Assembly (NCBI RefSeq): GCF_009834535.1
Contig: NC_045697.1
Span: forward strand, 13,702,001-13,766,000
Direction of reading: 5' to 3'
Source of the DNA: Camelus ferus
Taxonomy: Eukaryota
Length of the DNA stretch: 64,000 nt
Shown one piece after another: positions 12,112 to 25,964 of this stretch; position 1 is the stretch's first letter, and the number at the start of each line of letters is the position of its first letter. Both the position numbers and the translations under genes were made by a program. The notes under the pieces are model-generated. The model ran no database searches, had not been told where the DNA came from, and saw only the letters and a program-made list of their open reading frames with translations.

Positions 12112-13964
12112 GTCTCCTAACAGAAAAAAAGAATTTGAGCATGGAAAAGAGAAGACAGAGATAAGAAATAGAATCTGAATTATTCTAGAGCAGCCCAATG
12201 AATTTAGACTTGTGTGAAGCAGGAACATTTGAAATCACAGTCATGTGTGAACAAATTCTTCACTTACATTCAAGAAATGATTCACTTTTTATACAATCAA
12301 GTAATGGATCCTAGAAGAAAGTCTTATTTTAGAAGTTTGCCCATAGTCCTGGAGATGCTATAAGGGAATTTGATGGTACAATAATGGTGTGAAACATAAA
12401 AGAAAAAGAGGAAAAACTAATTTTTGGCAAAAAATAAAAGAATGAAAGCCTAAAAAGCTTCTCATCATGAATATCCCTTCCTAGACATGAACAAAACTGA
12501 AGAATTTCTGTTTGGCTGGGTCCTCACCTGAAAAACTGTGATAAGGAATGAACGTTCAGTGGCCCATGTGAACTGAATTCTGTTCACTTTGGACTCCCAA
12601 GCTAACAGCCAAAAGGAGTTCACACTAATCTCATCCATCCTCCTCACTGACGATGTGTGCTCACTTAAATCAGCCCTCAGATTTATCTTCAAGGGTAACA
12701 GCATGACAAATTGGTAAATTTTGCAAAAAAAAAAAATATGTATATGTATGTATATGTATATATATATATATAACACTAGACCATGAGTCAAAAATTAAGG
12801 CACATCTTGACTAAAGAGATGTTAAGAGCTCTGGAGTGAGAAAGTTCCAAAATCTATAGTGCATTCTCCTCTTGTTCTTAAGAAAATGAGAGCATACATA
12901 ATGGAGTATATAACAGGAAGCAATTATAATGTGTGAAATTCTAAGTGGAATCTATGGAGAATGATCGATTTCTAATAGCCCTTAATTAGGTACCTGCAAT
13001 ATAATCTGCAAGGCCCCCTCAGCTTGTAAAATGTCCTTTTTGACCTTGTTTTTTCATCTTCTTCTATTTAATTGTCTCTCCTCCATATCTTCTTTATGTC
13101 TCAGAACAAAGAAGAAGGCAATTCTCTAGCACAGTTACATCTCAGTGCATCTTATTCGTAACATATAACCATTGACGCCATCACTCAAGGACCCACTATA
13201 GATTAGGCTGTATAAGCACTGCCTGTCCTTACAACAACTTGGAAATAAGGCTTTCCACTCTTCTGATAGGGAAACTGAAGCTCGGGCAGATTAAGTAACG
13301 TAACTGTGTTGGGCTGTGCTGTATCACCTTGGATCAGGCGGGGAACCACTGCTCCCTGGAATCTCATTCCTTGGATGCCAGGTTAAAGTTGGTGAAAAGT
13401 GGCACTTACACAAGATTCAGAAGACAAAGTAAAGCAGCAGCCATTTCCCTTGGAAGAGAGTCGCCGTTAGACACAGTGGTGGACAGAGACATTGTGTTCT
13501 CACTCTCCTACTGATCAAAAGCAACCCCAGCCCACCACCACAATCTTGCTGGACACCACGGTGGGGGGAAGCTACACCAGTGCAGTGGCTTCCATAACCA
13601 GCCTACAAGCTCCCTTTCTGTGGCCGCGCATAAACAGCCAGATGTGCTTGGCCTCTCAGATTTCCTTGAACACTGGCTTGTCCACCTGTAACAGTGCTTC
13701 AGGAAGACTGGGGAGTGCTTCTGTCTCTGATCTTTTGACCTCCCCTTCCAGATTTTCACTTCTTTAATTCTTACCACATTGGTTTTATAGCAGTTCCCTC
13801 ACTCCTATAATGTCCCCTATGGCTTTGCTCCCTTGTCTAATCTCTGAGTGACACGTACAACTAAGACCACAGAGAGAACACGTGAACCTTGGAGAGTCAC
13901 AGTCGAAGTCCATGCCCTTTTGTCTATGGACTGTTGTTTCCAGCCATGTTTATGTTTAAAGATG

Positions 13965-14556
13965 ACCTTTTTTTATCGAAACACAGCTGATTTACAATAT
14001 TATATTAGTTACAGGTATAAAACATAGTGATGCAATATGTTTATAGATTACACTCCCCCGTTTCCTCTCTCCACTGGAAACCACCAGTTTGTGCTCTGTA
14101 TCTGTGAGTCTGTTCCTGTTTGTTATATTCATTAGTTTGCTTTATTTTTAGATTCCACATATAGGTAATAATATAAAATATTTTTCTTTCAGTCTGATTT
14201 ATTTCACTAAATGTAATACTATATAGGTCTATCCATGTGTTGCAAATGGCAGATTTTCATTCTTTTTTACGGCTNNNNNNNNNNNNNNNNNNNNNNNNNN
14301 NNNNNNNNNNNNNNNNNNNNNNNNNNNNNNNNNNNNNNNNNNNNNNNNNNNNNNNNNNNNNNNNNNNNNNNNNNNNNNNNNNNNNNNNNNNNNNNNNNNN
14401 NNNNNNNNNNNNNNNNNNGCAATTGTAAATAATGCTGCCATGAATACTGGGTTGCGTGTATCTTTTCCAATTGGTGTCTTTGTTTTCTTTAGATATATAC
14501 CCCGCAGTGGAATTGCTGGGTCAGATGGTAGTTCTTTTTTTAACTTTTTGAGGAAA
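13965..14556 (-). mobile_element. L1 3' end (L1MA-like), with an N gap inside
   Basis: gatttacaatattatattagtt...ttagattccacatata...gttgcaaatggcagattttcattctttttt...cagtggaattgctgggtcagatggtagttc. Confidence 0.85.
14275..14418. other. Run of 144 N (assembly gap or masking)
   Basis: Seen directly. Confidence 0.99.
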
Positions 14557-15609
14557 TAAAGATAGAGTTATTTATTTAAAAAAACCCACAAATATCATGC
14601 ACTGTATTACTCCACAGCACTGTGGAAGAAATCAAAACAAAAAAGGCCTATTTCCAGCCCTTTAAAAGATGATAGAAAATGTAATATTCACAGATCACCA
14701 CAATGCAAGGTCTAAAGGAACTAAAGGTCATAAGAAAAATGCAGGCAAGTGCAGAAAGAAAAGAAAGTGCAGAAAAGCATTGTGGGAGAAACAGTGTGGG
14801 ACACGGAGTCTTCAGAGATGGATGCTCCCTCAACATTCACACAGAGAGAAGAGCAGACGGTCAGAGGTGTAAACCACAAAGAATGCAGTAATTACGTAAC
14901 AAGATGAGCCATCTTTATTTTTTAAAAATCTGAGTCTGAATTTCTATTAGGGGGAAAGCCACATTAGTAAGGAAAAAATCCCTGTGTTGGACACGGAACA
15001 AATAAGTCTCCCTTAGCTCCCCAGGGTCTGAAGGGCTGGTGTGACAAGGCTTCAAGAGAGGGGGAGCTATTCCGCATAGCAAGACGGAGGCACCGGAAAC
15101 TGGCCTTGAGGGGGATGCGGAGTGCAAGGAAATCAGGGAGACAGCGAATGAGGGAGACCAAACAGGAAGCCAAGGAGGAGGGAGAGAGTGGGGAGAAAAC
15201 AGGAAAGGAGAAGGAGGTGGAGGAACTAGAGCAAAATGGGAAAGGAAGGAGGAAAGAAGGGGGAGGAAGAGGACAGAGATGCAGTCATGACACCCAGGGG
15301 CAGAAAGTTTCAATATCTGAATGCTCCCATATTAACTCCAAAATCTTTCGAATAGTTTTTCAAATTAAGTGCATTGTGTGAGTACTCTTGTATGTGAACA
15401 TGTTAAGAGTTTTGTGTCAAAGTGTTTCCAAGGAAAGCAAGCCTATCTCATTAGAAGGCAAGAACTTAGGGATTCAGGGAAGCCCTGAACATGGCAGAAA
15501 TCATGGGGAAGATTCTGGAACATCACAAGACACAGATTGGAGTTTGAATCAAGTGTAATGAGCTCTCTGGCAGGCAGAGGTGCCCCCAGAATACATCTGG
15601 GTGACAGTC

Positions 15610-15830
15610 ATTAAAGCTGCCATACACTGAACATTCTAGGTGTGTTACACCATTTAACCATCCCAACAACTTTATGAGGTTCATAATGCTGTTATTCTCA
15701 TTTCACAAGTGAGAAAACGGGATCTTAGAGCTGTTGAATAGCTTCATAAGATCATACAGCTTGGAAGGGTCAAAGACGATGCTCCAACCCAGGTCTTTCT
15801 GATTCCTGAACCAGCAGTCTTAATCATCAC
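15610..15830 (-). mobile_element. MIR SINE
   Basis: cccaacaactttatgagg...attctcatttcacaagtgagaaaac...aagatcatacagc...aacccaggtctttctgattcc. Confidence 0.75.
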
Positions 15831-16989
15831 ATCTCAGTGAGTTGGAAACAATTAGTTGTATTCACCACAGTCTCCTTTATTCTCTTTGACTCTGCATTAT
15901 GTCAAAACCAAATTATTTCTGGAACACTGCACAAAATGTGGAATCTGCTATCAATTTTTCTGGGGCCACTCTTATTATGGTTGCCTAAAATAAGACAAAG
16001 CTGCAACATCACTGTTTCTTTTCATTAGGCACTTGTTATGGGACCGTTGAGCTATCACAATAAAGCTAACATGATCTCACGCGTTCTTATTAAGACAAGT
16101 GTTTCAAATTAAAAATTAACATCTTTGACATGTTAGAATGGTATATATTAACTCAAAGTCAGGTTTCTAAATAGAAAAAGTATGAGATTAGTATGATCTA
16201 ATGGACAAGGGGAAAGAACACCTTCTCCCATTCCTAACTTCTACCGCAGAAGGAAATATTTCCCGTGCTTTTGTTAAAAGTCAAAAAGCAGGGTTAAAAG
16301 GCCAAGTGAAAATATAACCCAGTTGCCAGTAAGTTTAGTCATATATCTTAGGTACAGATTTTTTAAGAGGTGGCTTGATATGAGATCCTTAAAAATCAGA
16401 GAGGAAATCCCAGCTGTGGTTCCTATTACTCTGCCTCTTACGACTGAAGACTCGTTGCTACAGAAAGTCTCTTTTGTCTTATTTTTATGTAATGTCAGTA
16501 TTTGGCTTAAATAATACAGGATAGGGTTTCACGTTAACAAAATGCACACCCAGTACATTTTTCAAAAAGGAAAATTCTGGAATGTCTATTGAAGTATGAG
16601 ACACAGAATTTCCTGTATACTAGAGGTGACTCGTTTGTCCTCTATGTTAAATCACCACAACCAAGTTGAAACTAGAAAAATAATAAAACAGGTGTTTGCA
16701 CACATGTCCCAAAATAACCAATTGATTTTATGTTTATGTGTTTGTAGCTCTCGTCTTCAGTGTTGACTACATCCTTTTTCAGGTGGGTTTTGAGTTATGA
16801 GTACAGTTGGAAGCATTTGACTTGGATCAGGTGGTTTCTCTAGACATTCATTTCATAAACAAAATTCAGTGCAATTGCCTAAATTTGTAATTACTCATAT
16901 TTTTAAATTTGTGTATCTGAACTCAAGTGTGCATATCTTCTAATTATTAGAGGAAACGTTGCTCCCTTTAGTTTTTTATTAGGATCTGG

Positions 16990-17495
16990 GGCAAAGTTTG
17001 GCAAACATTTTCTGTAAAGTACCAGTAGATATGTAAGGCCAAATTTTCTCAGCCTCAGCACTGATACTGAGTATAAGATAGATTCTGTAGGGGCTGCATT
17101 GTTCATTGCAAGATATTTAGTAGCATCCCAATCTGTTCTGATGAGACTCCAGGGGTGTCTCCCACATCTACCTGTGACAACCAAAAAGGTCTCCAGATTT
17201 TGTCACATATCTCCTGGGGCCTAAGAGCAAGTTGGCCCTGGTTACTAACCATCGTTTAGAATTTACAGATCCTGTATTTCCTATTGCAACTATGAAAGCA
17301 GTCATGGGCAATATGTAAATGAATAAGCATGGCTGCATTCCAGTAAAACTTGATTTACGGACACCAAAATTTGAATGTCATACAATTTTCACATGTCATG
17401 AATAATTCTTCCCTTTTTCCCAACTATTTAAAAATTTAAAAACCATTCTTAGCTCATGGGGTGGACAAAAAGAGCAGCAAGCCATAGTTGCCAAT
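16990..17495. mobile_element. MER58B-like hAT element interrupted by MER20
   Basis: ggcaaacattttctgtaaag at the start; tttgaatgtcatacaattttcacatgtca...aaaaccattcttagctc...ccatagttgccaattcc at the end. Confidence 0.7.
17040..17254. mobile_element. MER20 hAT element nested in MER58B
   Basis: ttctcagcctcagcact...gtgacaaccaaaaaggtctccagattttgtcacatatctcctgggg...ggttactaaccatcg. Confidence 0.8.
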
Positions 17496-18201
17496 TCCTT
17501 ATCTGCAGGATAAAATGATAAATAAGATTCGCCTCAAAAAAGAATAATTAGTCTCTGCCTCCAGGAGTTCCTGATCTACGATAACAAATGTTGATTCCTT
17601 CGCTTGATAAACACTGTCTAGAAGGAATGTAAAGTTAGTGATGGTGGTAGTGCCAAGGAACATGGTCTACAGTGAAGGCTGCACACAGAAGGGTTTAAAC
17701 TATTTTAATAGGTGGTTGAAAGTTCACCAGGTAATCAGAGAATCAATGTGAGAGAGACATATTTATGTACATACATACATTATACATATACACATTATGT
17801 ATATATATATGCATTATATATATACACATGATATACATATATTTAGATATGTATCAACTTATTTTGATATATATGTGTATGTATATGTACATGTATGGGA
17901 TAGACAACTGCTGTATATAATATATTACAATAAAAGCAAAGGATATAAAAATATTTGAGGAAACCTCAAGCCTTATGTTTCATAGATTGAGAGATGAGAT
18001 AGATGTGATTATTATTTTGTAATTATTATCATGTGATTAAATAAGCCAGATGGACATCCAGAACTAACTAACTAACATGCAAATAGATCCCATCTGGGCT
18101 TTTGTTTCTGCCTTTGAATGATCTCTGTCTGCATTACACATCAAAAATGCAGTTTGCCCACCTGAAAAACTTTGAGGAACGTGGACCCCACACAAGAGAT
18201 A

Positions 18202-18268
18202 ATGTGATATCAGTGATATCACATAGGTCACAATGTGACCAATGATACCGTATCACATCAATGATGTG
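18202..18268. repeat. Cluster of four adjacent perfect inverted repeats, each with a 1-nt centre
   Basis: ATGTGATATCA-g-TGATATCACAT; GGTCACA-a-TGTGACC; TGATAC-c-GTATCA; CACATCA-a-TGATGTG. Confidence 0.97.
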
Positions 18269-19795
18269 GTACGTGAGAATGTGTATGAGGAACAGGAGCT
18301 TATTGAATTGTAATCTTGTGATGTTGTGTATAATGGGTTCTTATTTATTTTAAAGGAACAACATCCAAGGATAGGATAGGCTTCTTTCAACCCTCCTTTC
18401 TTCATGTTTTTGTTTGGTTAGTTGTTGGTAGTAGAAGTTGTTTTGTCTTGATTCGGGAGGCTGTATGTATAGTAGCATGTATGTTGTATGGTTTTGCAAC
18501 AAGTCACTTTTTCTGAGCTGGGCTCATTACAGCAAAAGCAGTCATAAATGCAATAGGTTTACAGACCAACTCATTCATCAGAAATTGAAATTATCAGATA
18601 TTAGCACGGGTTCATTTGAAGAACAAATTCACTTGAGCCCTTCCACTCAATAGTACCCTTTGAAAATTTCAAGGAACAAGCTACATCCATGGTGATGAAA
18701 TGAAATGAAAAAAATATAGTGCATTCGGTTAGAAAAATGAATATCTCCCCACCCCATCTCCTGAATTTGACCTTGTTTACCAAATTCCTGCCATTTGCAG
18801 AGTAGTGGTTTCTGTAACATGTACTGATATAGAAAACCCAATATCATAACTATATTTTCCATGTAACTTTAATCCTCTATTTGGGCCACAATTATTCTCA
18901 GTGACTAATGCCAACCAAGCTATACAGTTTTCAGTTGATTTCTAGAAAAGTATCAGTGTCAGTTGTGGGAATCTGTGGCAACCATCTAAATGGATAAAAT
19001 TAAATGTTAAAGTACCCTGTGGCTCAACCATTTCCTTGCAAGCATCTAGTCTAAGAGTTATTCACTAAATAACACCCTTACACTGTAACTGCAGGAGATA
19101 AAATGTGCTGTAACAATCCAGGGAATAGCTATCTTGATTAATGTAATTTTCCAAACAACTAAAAAGTATCCTTTTGAAATATATATATAGATATAGATAT
19201 ATTTGCCTTTATATACATATTTTTTCTGTGTGCTGTGCATGCCTCTATTATAGGTTTTATTTCTTTCTGTTTTATATTATAGTTGGTACCCTACATTTCT
19301 TTTACTATACTATCCCACAATGCTTTTGAGAGAAGCATTTATGTTCACATCTGTACACACTACAACACTGCACAGCACTTAAACATGTAACAAGTGTTTG
19401 TTGCATTTCAATTTAACTACTTGATAACATAGTACGATTTCTAAAAACATACAGTAATTGAAAAAGTGACATTTCTGGAATAATTATAGCATATGAGTAT
19501 TATTTTAGAAGAATTCTCTACCAATTATTGAAGAGAAATTCTGCCCTCTACCAAAAAAAAAAATTATTTTTAATATCAAGCAGCTGGTCAAAGATTCAAA
19601 CCACCTGCCCCAAATATTTTAATTTTTCTCACAGATAACATGGAAAATTAACAGATATTACCCATTTGTGGCTTCTCAAGCTTCTACTTTGAAGGAGGAG
19701 TTATTTATTTAAATTACTTTTAAAATTCTTACATATATAATGAAGAGAGGAAACAATTCCTCTCTGGAGAGACATTCAACATGAAGATAAATGAA

Positions 19796-19983
19796 CAAAG
19801 TTGTCCTCAAACTTTTTGTTTATCAGAATCACCTGTAGGTATTTTTAAAATCCTTACTCTGGGGTCAATTCTCATAGTTTCTACTTCCATAAGTCTGTGC
19901 AGGAGTCCAAGAATTTGCATACTTAACAAGTTCCAAGGTGATGCTAACATCACTGATATGGGAACCCTACTTGAAAACCACAG
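19796..19983. mobile_element. MER5A hAT-Charlie MITE
   Basis: tcctcaaacttt...tcagaatcacctg...ccaagaatttgcatacttaacaagttccaaggtgatgcta...ttgaaaaccacag. Confidence 0.85.
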
Positions 19984-22031
19984 ATCTAATTTAAAGTCTC
20001 ATGTATCCAACGTTATCATTTCTTTCATTCGTGTTAGATAACTCACCTCCTTCACTAACACTTGAGACCGTGGGCAGGGCTCGTAATTAAGTACAAGTTC
20101 CCTTTTCTCATTTGGATAACGTTTCCACAGAGGGCTTTCTTTCCCATCTTTATTAGGAAATGTATATGCCCCAAATTCTGAATTTCATGAAATATCTATC
20201 AAGAAACCAAGAAAACACAAAAAATATGATAATGCCCTGAAGAGAATTAAAGCTTAACTAACAACATAGAAATGGTACTGGTCCAAAAGATAGCACTGAC
20301 TTGAAAACAAAGCAGGAGACACTGACATGCTGGGTCAAAGACTGAGGTCAACATTTCCAGAAAACAGGACAGAGCAGCAGAAGGTCCATATTATTTTTAG
20401 CTGTTGCCTTGTTATAAGTTTATGTTCATGGGCTGGTCCATTGCTAATGGTGAGCCATTCTTGAAATAGAAATAATAGTAAGTCTATATGTATTGTTTAC
20501 CTTATACAAATATTATGAGTGTTGTTTCAAGAAATAATGCATTTAGGAAGCAAATTACATTTTTTATTGACAATTTCAATTGTATGATTCTGTATAGTAC
20601 TATCAACCTTGATTGGAAATCTGAATATTATGTTATTCAAATACTGCCTGTTAATGTTTGCTGTCATCTTCAGTGTTGGGAAACTAGCTATAGAATGCAG
20701 TTCCTTGTAAACACTTTAAGTATTAATGCAAGAGTAGAAGATGTGAATGTGTTGTAGAACATAAAACATAAAATCAGAATCTGCTCTAAAACCAGTTTTA
20801 ACATTGCAAAGCAATATTAATTTCAACAGCAAATAAAAATCAGCGTCAGCAAACAAAAGCTTTTCATGGCCAAAAATTGACGTGAGCTCATCAAATGAAG
20901 CCCTATGTACCGATCTGAAGATGTTTATGAATTTGCTTTTAAAAATATGACCAATACTCATTCAAAATAAAATAAATTTTTCTACATCTGGAATATTTGT
21001 CACAAAACAAAGATCAATTCTATTGACTATTAATAGGGCAATGAATATATTTGGTTGTTTTAAAATTTCATTTTAAGAATGATGATTTATAAATGCTAAA
21101 TATTTTATGTTGCCTTTCTAATTTAAATTATTATACTCAAAATTTATTTTTGTGTTAGTTCTCCTTTCTTTGCCATTTTTGTTATGCAATATGTATAACA
21201 AGTTGAGCTCATTTGTATGTATTTTCAAAATATAAAATCTTGTCACAATATATGGTTAACAACGATAATAAACTATGCACTTAACATCAATTTTATTTTA
21301 CAGCAAACTCATGAAACTCAATGTGACTCTATTGCAGGAAAAAAGGATTCACTGTTTACTTTTATGGTAACTCATTATTACTAAATATCATATAGAGTGC
21401 TATGAGAAATCAAAAATAACATGATTTTAAGAATTCCTGCAAATTCCTGAAAATTGCAATTTCACATTCTTAAATTCAGTATCTGTGAGGAATTTAGGGA
21501 TGCTACACGTGGGTGAATAAGAGTCAAATGTTCTTAATTTTTAAGTTTCCCAAAGTAACAAGCATATGACATTTATATTAGCCCCTTCTGAGGGCATTGA
21601 ATCTGCTATTTCCTGTGCCTGAAACATTTTCCTGGATATCTCCCTTGCTCCCTCAGCTTGTTGGTGATAACAAGTTTCTCTCCTAGAAAATTGGTTGGAA
21701 AATGTTGGGGGAGCACAGGGATGTACAGTGAGCAGTAAATTTGTCTGCTATACATTCTCTCCCTTTAGTATTAGTTATTGTGATTGTCTCTTGGGAATAG
21801 ACCATAGTCTTCCAGTCATCTTTTTCCCCAACTGAAGAAAGATTTCTGACATTGCCAACATCTGATTGTTAGGACAGAATTCTCCAAGAGTCTTTTGGCA
21901 TGTGTCGCTAAACACAGACACACACACAGACACACACACACAGAGTAAATCCATTCTTCCCTGATTTCCTTAAGCTTTGATTTTATTCCCTTTACTCTTC
22001 TTGCTTAGTTTTAAGTTTTACTGTTATGCTG

Positions 22032-22427
22032 TGTTATGGACTCATTTGTGTACCCCCAAAATTTATATCCATGGGAGACTTAGGTCCTAACCCCATTTCT
22101 TCAGAATGTGACTATATTTGGATATATAACCTTTAAATAGGTAATTAAATTAAAATGAGGTCATCAGAATAGACCTCAATCCAGTATGACTTATGTCCCT
22201 AAGAGTAGAGGAGGTCAGGATCCAGACATGTACAGAGGGAGGACCATGTGAAGACAGGGAGAAGGTGGCCATCTACAAGCCAAGGAGAGAGGCCCCAGGG
22301 GCGGGAACACTGCTAACCAGCCTCATTTTGGACTTACATCCTCTAGAACTGTAAGGAAATCAGTCTTTATTGTTTAAGCCACCCTGTGGGTGGCACTTCG
22401 TCATGGTAACCCTAGCCAACTAATACA
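22032..22427 (+). mobile_element. MaLR solo LTR (MLT1A/B-like)
   Basis: TG...CA termini (tgttatggac...ctaataca), typical body (cagaatgtgactatatttgg, aaaatgaggtcat, aagccaaggagagaggcc) and a perfect 5-bp TSD TGCTG. Confidence 0.92.
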
Positions 22428-22639
22428 TGCTGTAAAACACTTCTCCTCTCTAAAACATTCTCTGAGATAGTATGAGTTAGGAAATCAAAGGACATAAAGA
22501 TTTCCAGCAGGAGTCTAGCAGTGTGTTTCTGTATTTGTAGTAAGAAGCATCTATTTTGCTTAGAAGGCTGGTCAGTAGTGTTCCCTAAGGGTCAAGTTCT
22601 CCTTATGGAAATATGAGAGGGATGTATTTTTCAGCATCC

Positions 22640-22955
22640 TTGAAAAACAGAGGCAGACACGTGACCTGTCTTGGCTAAAAACGTATAAGCGGAAGTAATG
22701 TCTGTCATTCCTAGGCTGAAGTTTTAAGAGTCAATTTTCAATTTACCACATTTAATTCTGTCTGCTTTGGAAGATGTGCATCATAAAAATGGAGGCTCCT
22801 GCATCCTGAGCTCCTGAGTGAGGATGGTGTAAGGAGAGCTGCCAGCCTGGCCTGCGGTGGTCACAGAGAAGGGATGAGAAATAAGCTTGAGTTGTTTCCA
22901 GGCACTGCGATGAGGTGGCTGTTGGATACTGCAGAACAACTTAACTTACCCTGAC
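22640..22955 (+). mobile_element. Old MaLR LTR (MLT1I/J-like)
   Basis: gcggaagtaatgtctgtcattcctaggctgaag...gagctcctgagtgagga...gagaaataagctt...actgcagaacaacttaacttaccctgact. Confidence 0.6.
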
Positions 22956-24299
22956 TCTTCACTTTATCTGAGGCATTTTTGTTTTCCAATTTTTGACTAT
23001 GCTTTAGACACATAAGCAATTATTGTAGTCTACATATTTTTTTTCTTCTTTGAAGAATTAAAACCAGCTTTTGGGTAACAATTCCAAGGGCAATGAGTGG
23101 GTTGCATTCTGAACAAAGCATTTAGCACATTGTTTTCCAGCCTCCCTCTTGTAGCCATTTTGATGATTCTGAATAATCACTGGACACTCAGGTCCACAGG
23201 GCAGTATTTTTGTACAGTGACGAGAATTTCTGTGATGCTGCCAAAATGTTCATTTCTTGGATGTAGAAATCAAACTCTCCTGCATTGATCATAACAGAAA
23301 ATTCCTTGGGGTTTCCTTAACTAGCTCTCAATTACCTGGGTGCCAGTTTTCAGCAGGTTAGCATCCACAAGGCAGGGTGCTTCAAAAGACAGAAGACCCA
23401 GAAATAATCTAGGGTGTAGCCACAATCCAAATACTCTCCTGAGAGTGGAAGTAAGTGGAGGAAACTACAGGTATCTCACCCAATTTCCTAGGCCTGTGCA
23501 TTCTGACTTAAAAATCCACACCAATCTGGAAGCATATGGATGTCATTTATTTCATTTCCTTTGCAGAAGAGCACTTTAAGAAACACTTCTTCCTTTCCCC
23601 CACCCCCATACCATTCTCTGTCTTATCATTTGAAGGCTACAGAGGAATTAAATTCATCTTGAAAGAGTGTTTATGAATTAGATTGTGACCATTACTTAAA
23701 TGATTAAATACTCAAGAGACATAATCCAACCCAGAGACCATGTCACATGAGGGAACCATGGTTAGCATCAATTACTGTTCATTCTCTATAAACATGGCCG
23801 TGAGCCAACCTTGGGGGTGGGGAATGTGAAGTTGGTAAATGACATATTTGGCATCTCCATCTGTTTCTTTCCTTACCTCTTCAGCATTTGTTCTGCTTCT
23901 CAGGGCACCAAAACTACTATCAGAGAAGAGGAGTTCATTTCCAGCCTAGACCCCTCAAACTTCCTCCCAGTCTGAAAAGACAGAAGACAGTCCTATGTCG
24001 CACATCATATTAAGGCATGATTTTGGAGCTTACCTCGGAGCACTAAGGAATCCCTATCCCTGGGAAACAGACTCCAGTTTCTAGGAAAAGTCCAGGGTAG
24101 GTTTTGAAGATGTTAAGCAGATTCCTTAAGTTCACCCAGAGCCTTCAGGTGAAGACAGCATAGCTTTTTCACAGGCTACCAATTAATTATGTATGGATTT
24201 TGGATATTAGAGGATGGTCGGTCATGAAGAGCCTTTCGGGCTTAGGGCTATTACTAGAGCCTGTTTCTAGCTGACGCTGTGATTGGCTGCATCACGTCA

Positions 24300-24830
24300 G
24301 TTCCACTCTGCCCACCTTGTTGCTGCATTCCTGCGGCTTGAAGTATTCATTTCAACTCCAGGGGCAGGACCTGCAGAGCCTAAGCCAATCATAACAATCC
24401 TATCCCTCTTACCCTGGCAAACATCTCAGAGATGAGCCAATCAGCATAAGGATTTATTCAGGAGCATGCAAGTGACCTAATTCAGGGAAATAAACAGAAG
24501 AAGACAATTGCTTGGAGCTTCTAGGAAAGAAGTTCCCTCCATTTTCTGGATGATCTCTTAGAAAGTACTCTTCTTCTCGTCTGCAGAGCAAACGAGGAAG
24601 GAAGTAGCATAAGGAGGCATGTCACGTCTTGGGATCCCACGGGGGTACATGTCTACAATAACGCTGACAGTAGAAAGCAGGAAAAAAGGGGGAAAGGATC
24701 CTTACTAATCCAGGCAAGAACCAAACCCACTCTACAATTCCTGCTGCTTCTACATTTTCTTCCAATCACATGAGATCTTTAAACTTCCTTTGTTTCGAGA
24801 CAAATTGAATGTGTTTGTTTTTACTTGAAA
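24300..24830 (+). mobile_element. Old MaLR/ERVL LTR (MLT1K/L-like)
   Basis: gcctaagccaatcataacaatcctatccc...gcatgcaagtgacctaattc...tctacaattcctgct...aatcacatgag...acttccttt. Confidence 0.5.
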
Positions 24831-25509
24831 CCAAAACATTCCTTCACTGTTAAATTATCTCTGAGAATAAACCCTCTGATACTTTGTAAAAACATGCACA
24901 TGTGCCCAGTGCCCAGGTGACTCATAATGTGCTGTGTCCTTAAAAATTAAAAAAAAAACTTTCTTTGTCAAATAAATTTATGTTAAAAGCTCCTCTAAAG
25001 AGCCTCTCTCCATTTTAATCATGATTCAACACGCACACTCCCCAATACGAATATTTGAAAAAATAATACAATTATTTTTGTTTGCGGGAAATTCAGTATA
25101 TTTTGGCAGTAATTATAGAAACTGCCGTTAATTTTGATTAATAATACAGAGACAATATGTTTTTAAAATACTGATTTTATAATCTTTCTTATTTGTCTCA
25201 AACATTTATTTACACTTAATAGCATAATACAAAAATTAATCATCTTTATTTTCATGATAAAGAATGAACCCATTAATTTAGCATAGGAGGCTATTTCTAT
25301 TTTTTTTATAAAAAAGAAGAAGATGGAGGAGAAAAGAGAACCCTGAAGGCAACCCTAGGTAGACACATAACATTAGTTTATGTAACTTCAGAATCTCTGT
25401 AACTAATATCATCCCTCAATCCTAATGGCCCTATGTCTTATACCCCTAAGTGCAGGAAGTTGCCTGTTGTTTCTCAGCTCACCATTATTTATATCTTTAT
25501 TCATTTATA

Positions 25510-25680
25510 TTCTTAGCAAATGATTTCTCAGCTCATTTTACCTCTCTGTGCCTCTGTTTTCTCTTGTATAAAATAGTTTTGTTTTTTTTTAAGCTTAAAT
25601 GAGTCAAAATATGTAAAGTTCTCAGAACACTGCCAGGAGCACAGTATGCACTCACTGCTTGCCAGCCATTATTACTGACT
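25510..25680 (+). mobile_element. MIR SINE
   Basis: tacctctctgtgcctctgttttctcttgtataaaat...ttaaatgagtcaaaatatgtaaagttctcagaacactgcc. Confidence 0.75.
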
Positions 25681-25964
25681 GCCAATCGAGCACACGTGTA
25701 ATGAGCATTTCTCCCGTCATTCTTTATAAATGCGATTTTATTGAATGCACAGCACTCTGGGGAAAAAAGTGTATCAAAATATCGTTTACTTGTGATTTTT
25801 GTGTTTGGCTGGACAGTTGTGTTGTTTGCAGTTAGTGTCTGTTTAATTTGACCACTACAAATCACCATGTAATGAATAGCACCCCTAGGCATCTCTGCGT
25901 ACAGGTCTGTTATTTCCTTAAAGAAACTGGAATTGGAATCACTCAATGAACAGATGTATTGGTA

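Noticed and set aside
15140-15280. Glu/Lys/Gly-rich ORF 15106-15381 and the antisense Pro/Ser-rich ORF
   Set aside because: Purine-rich low-complexity DNA, not coding
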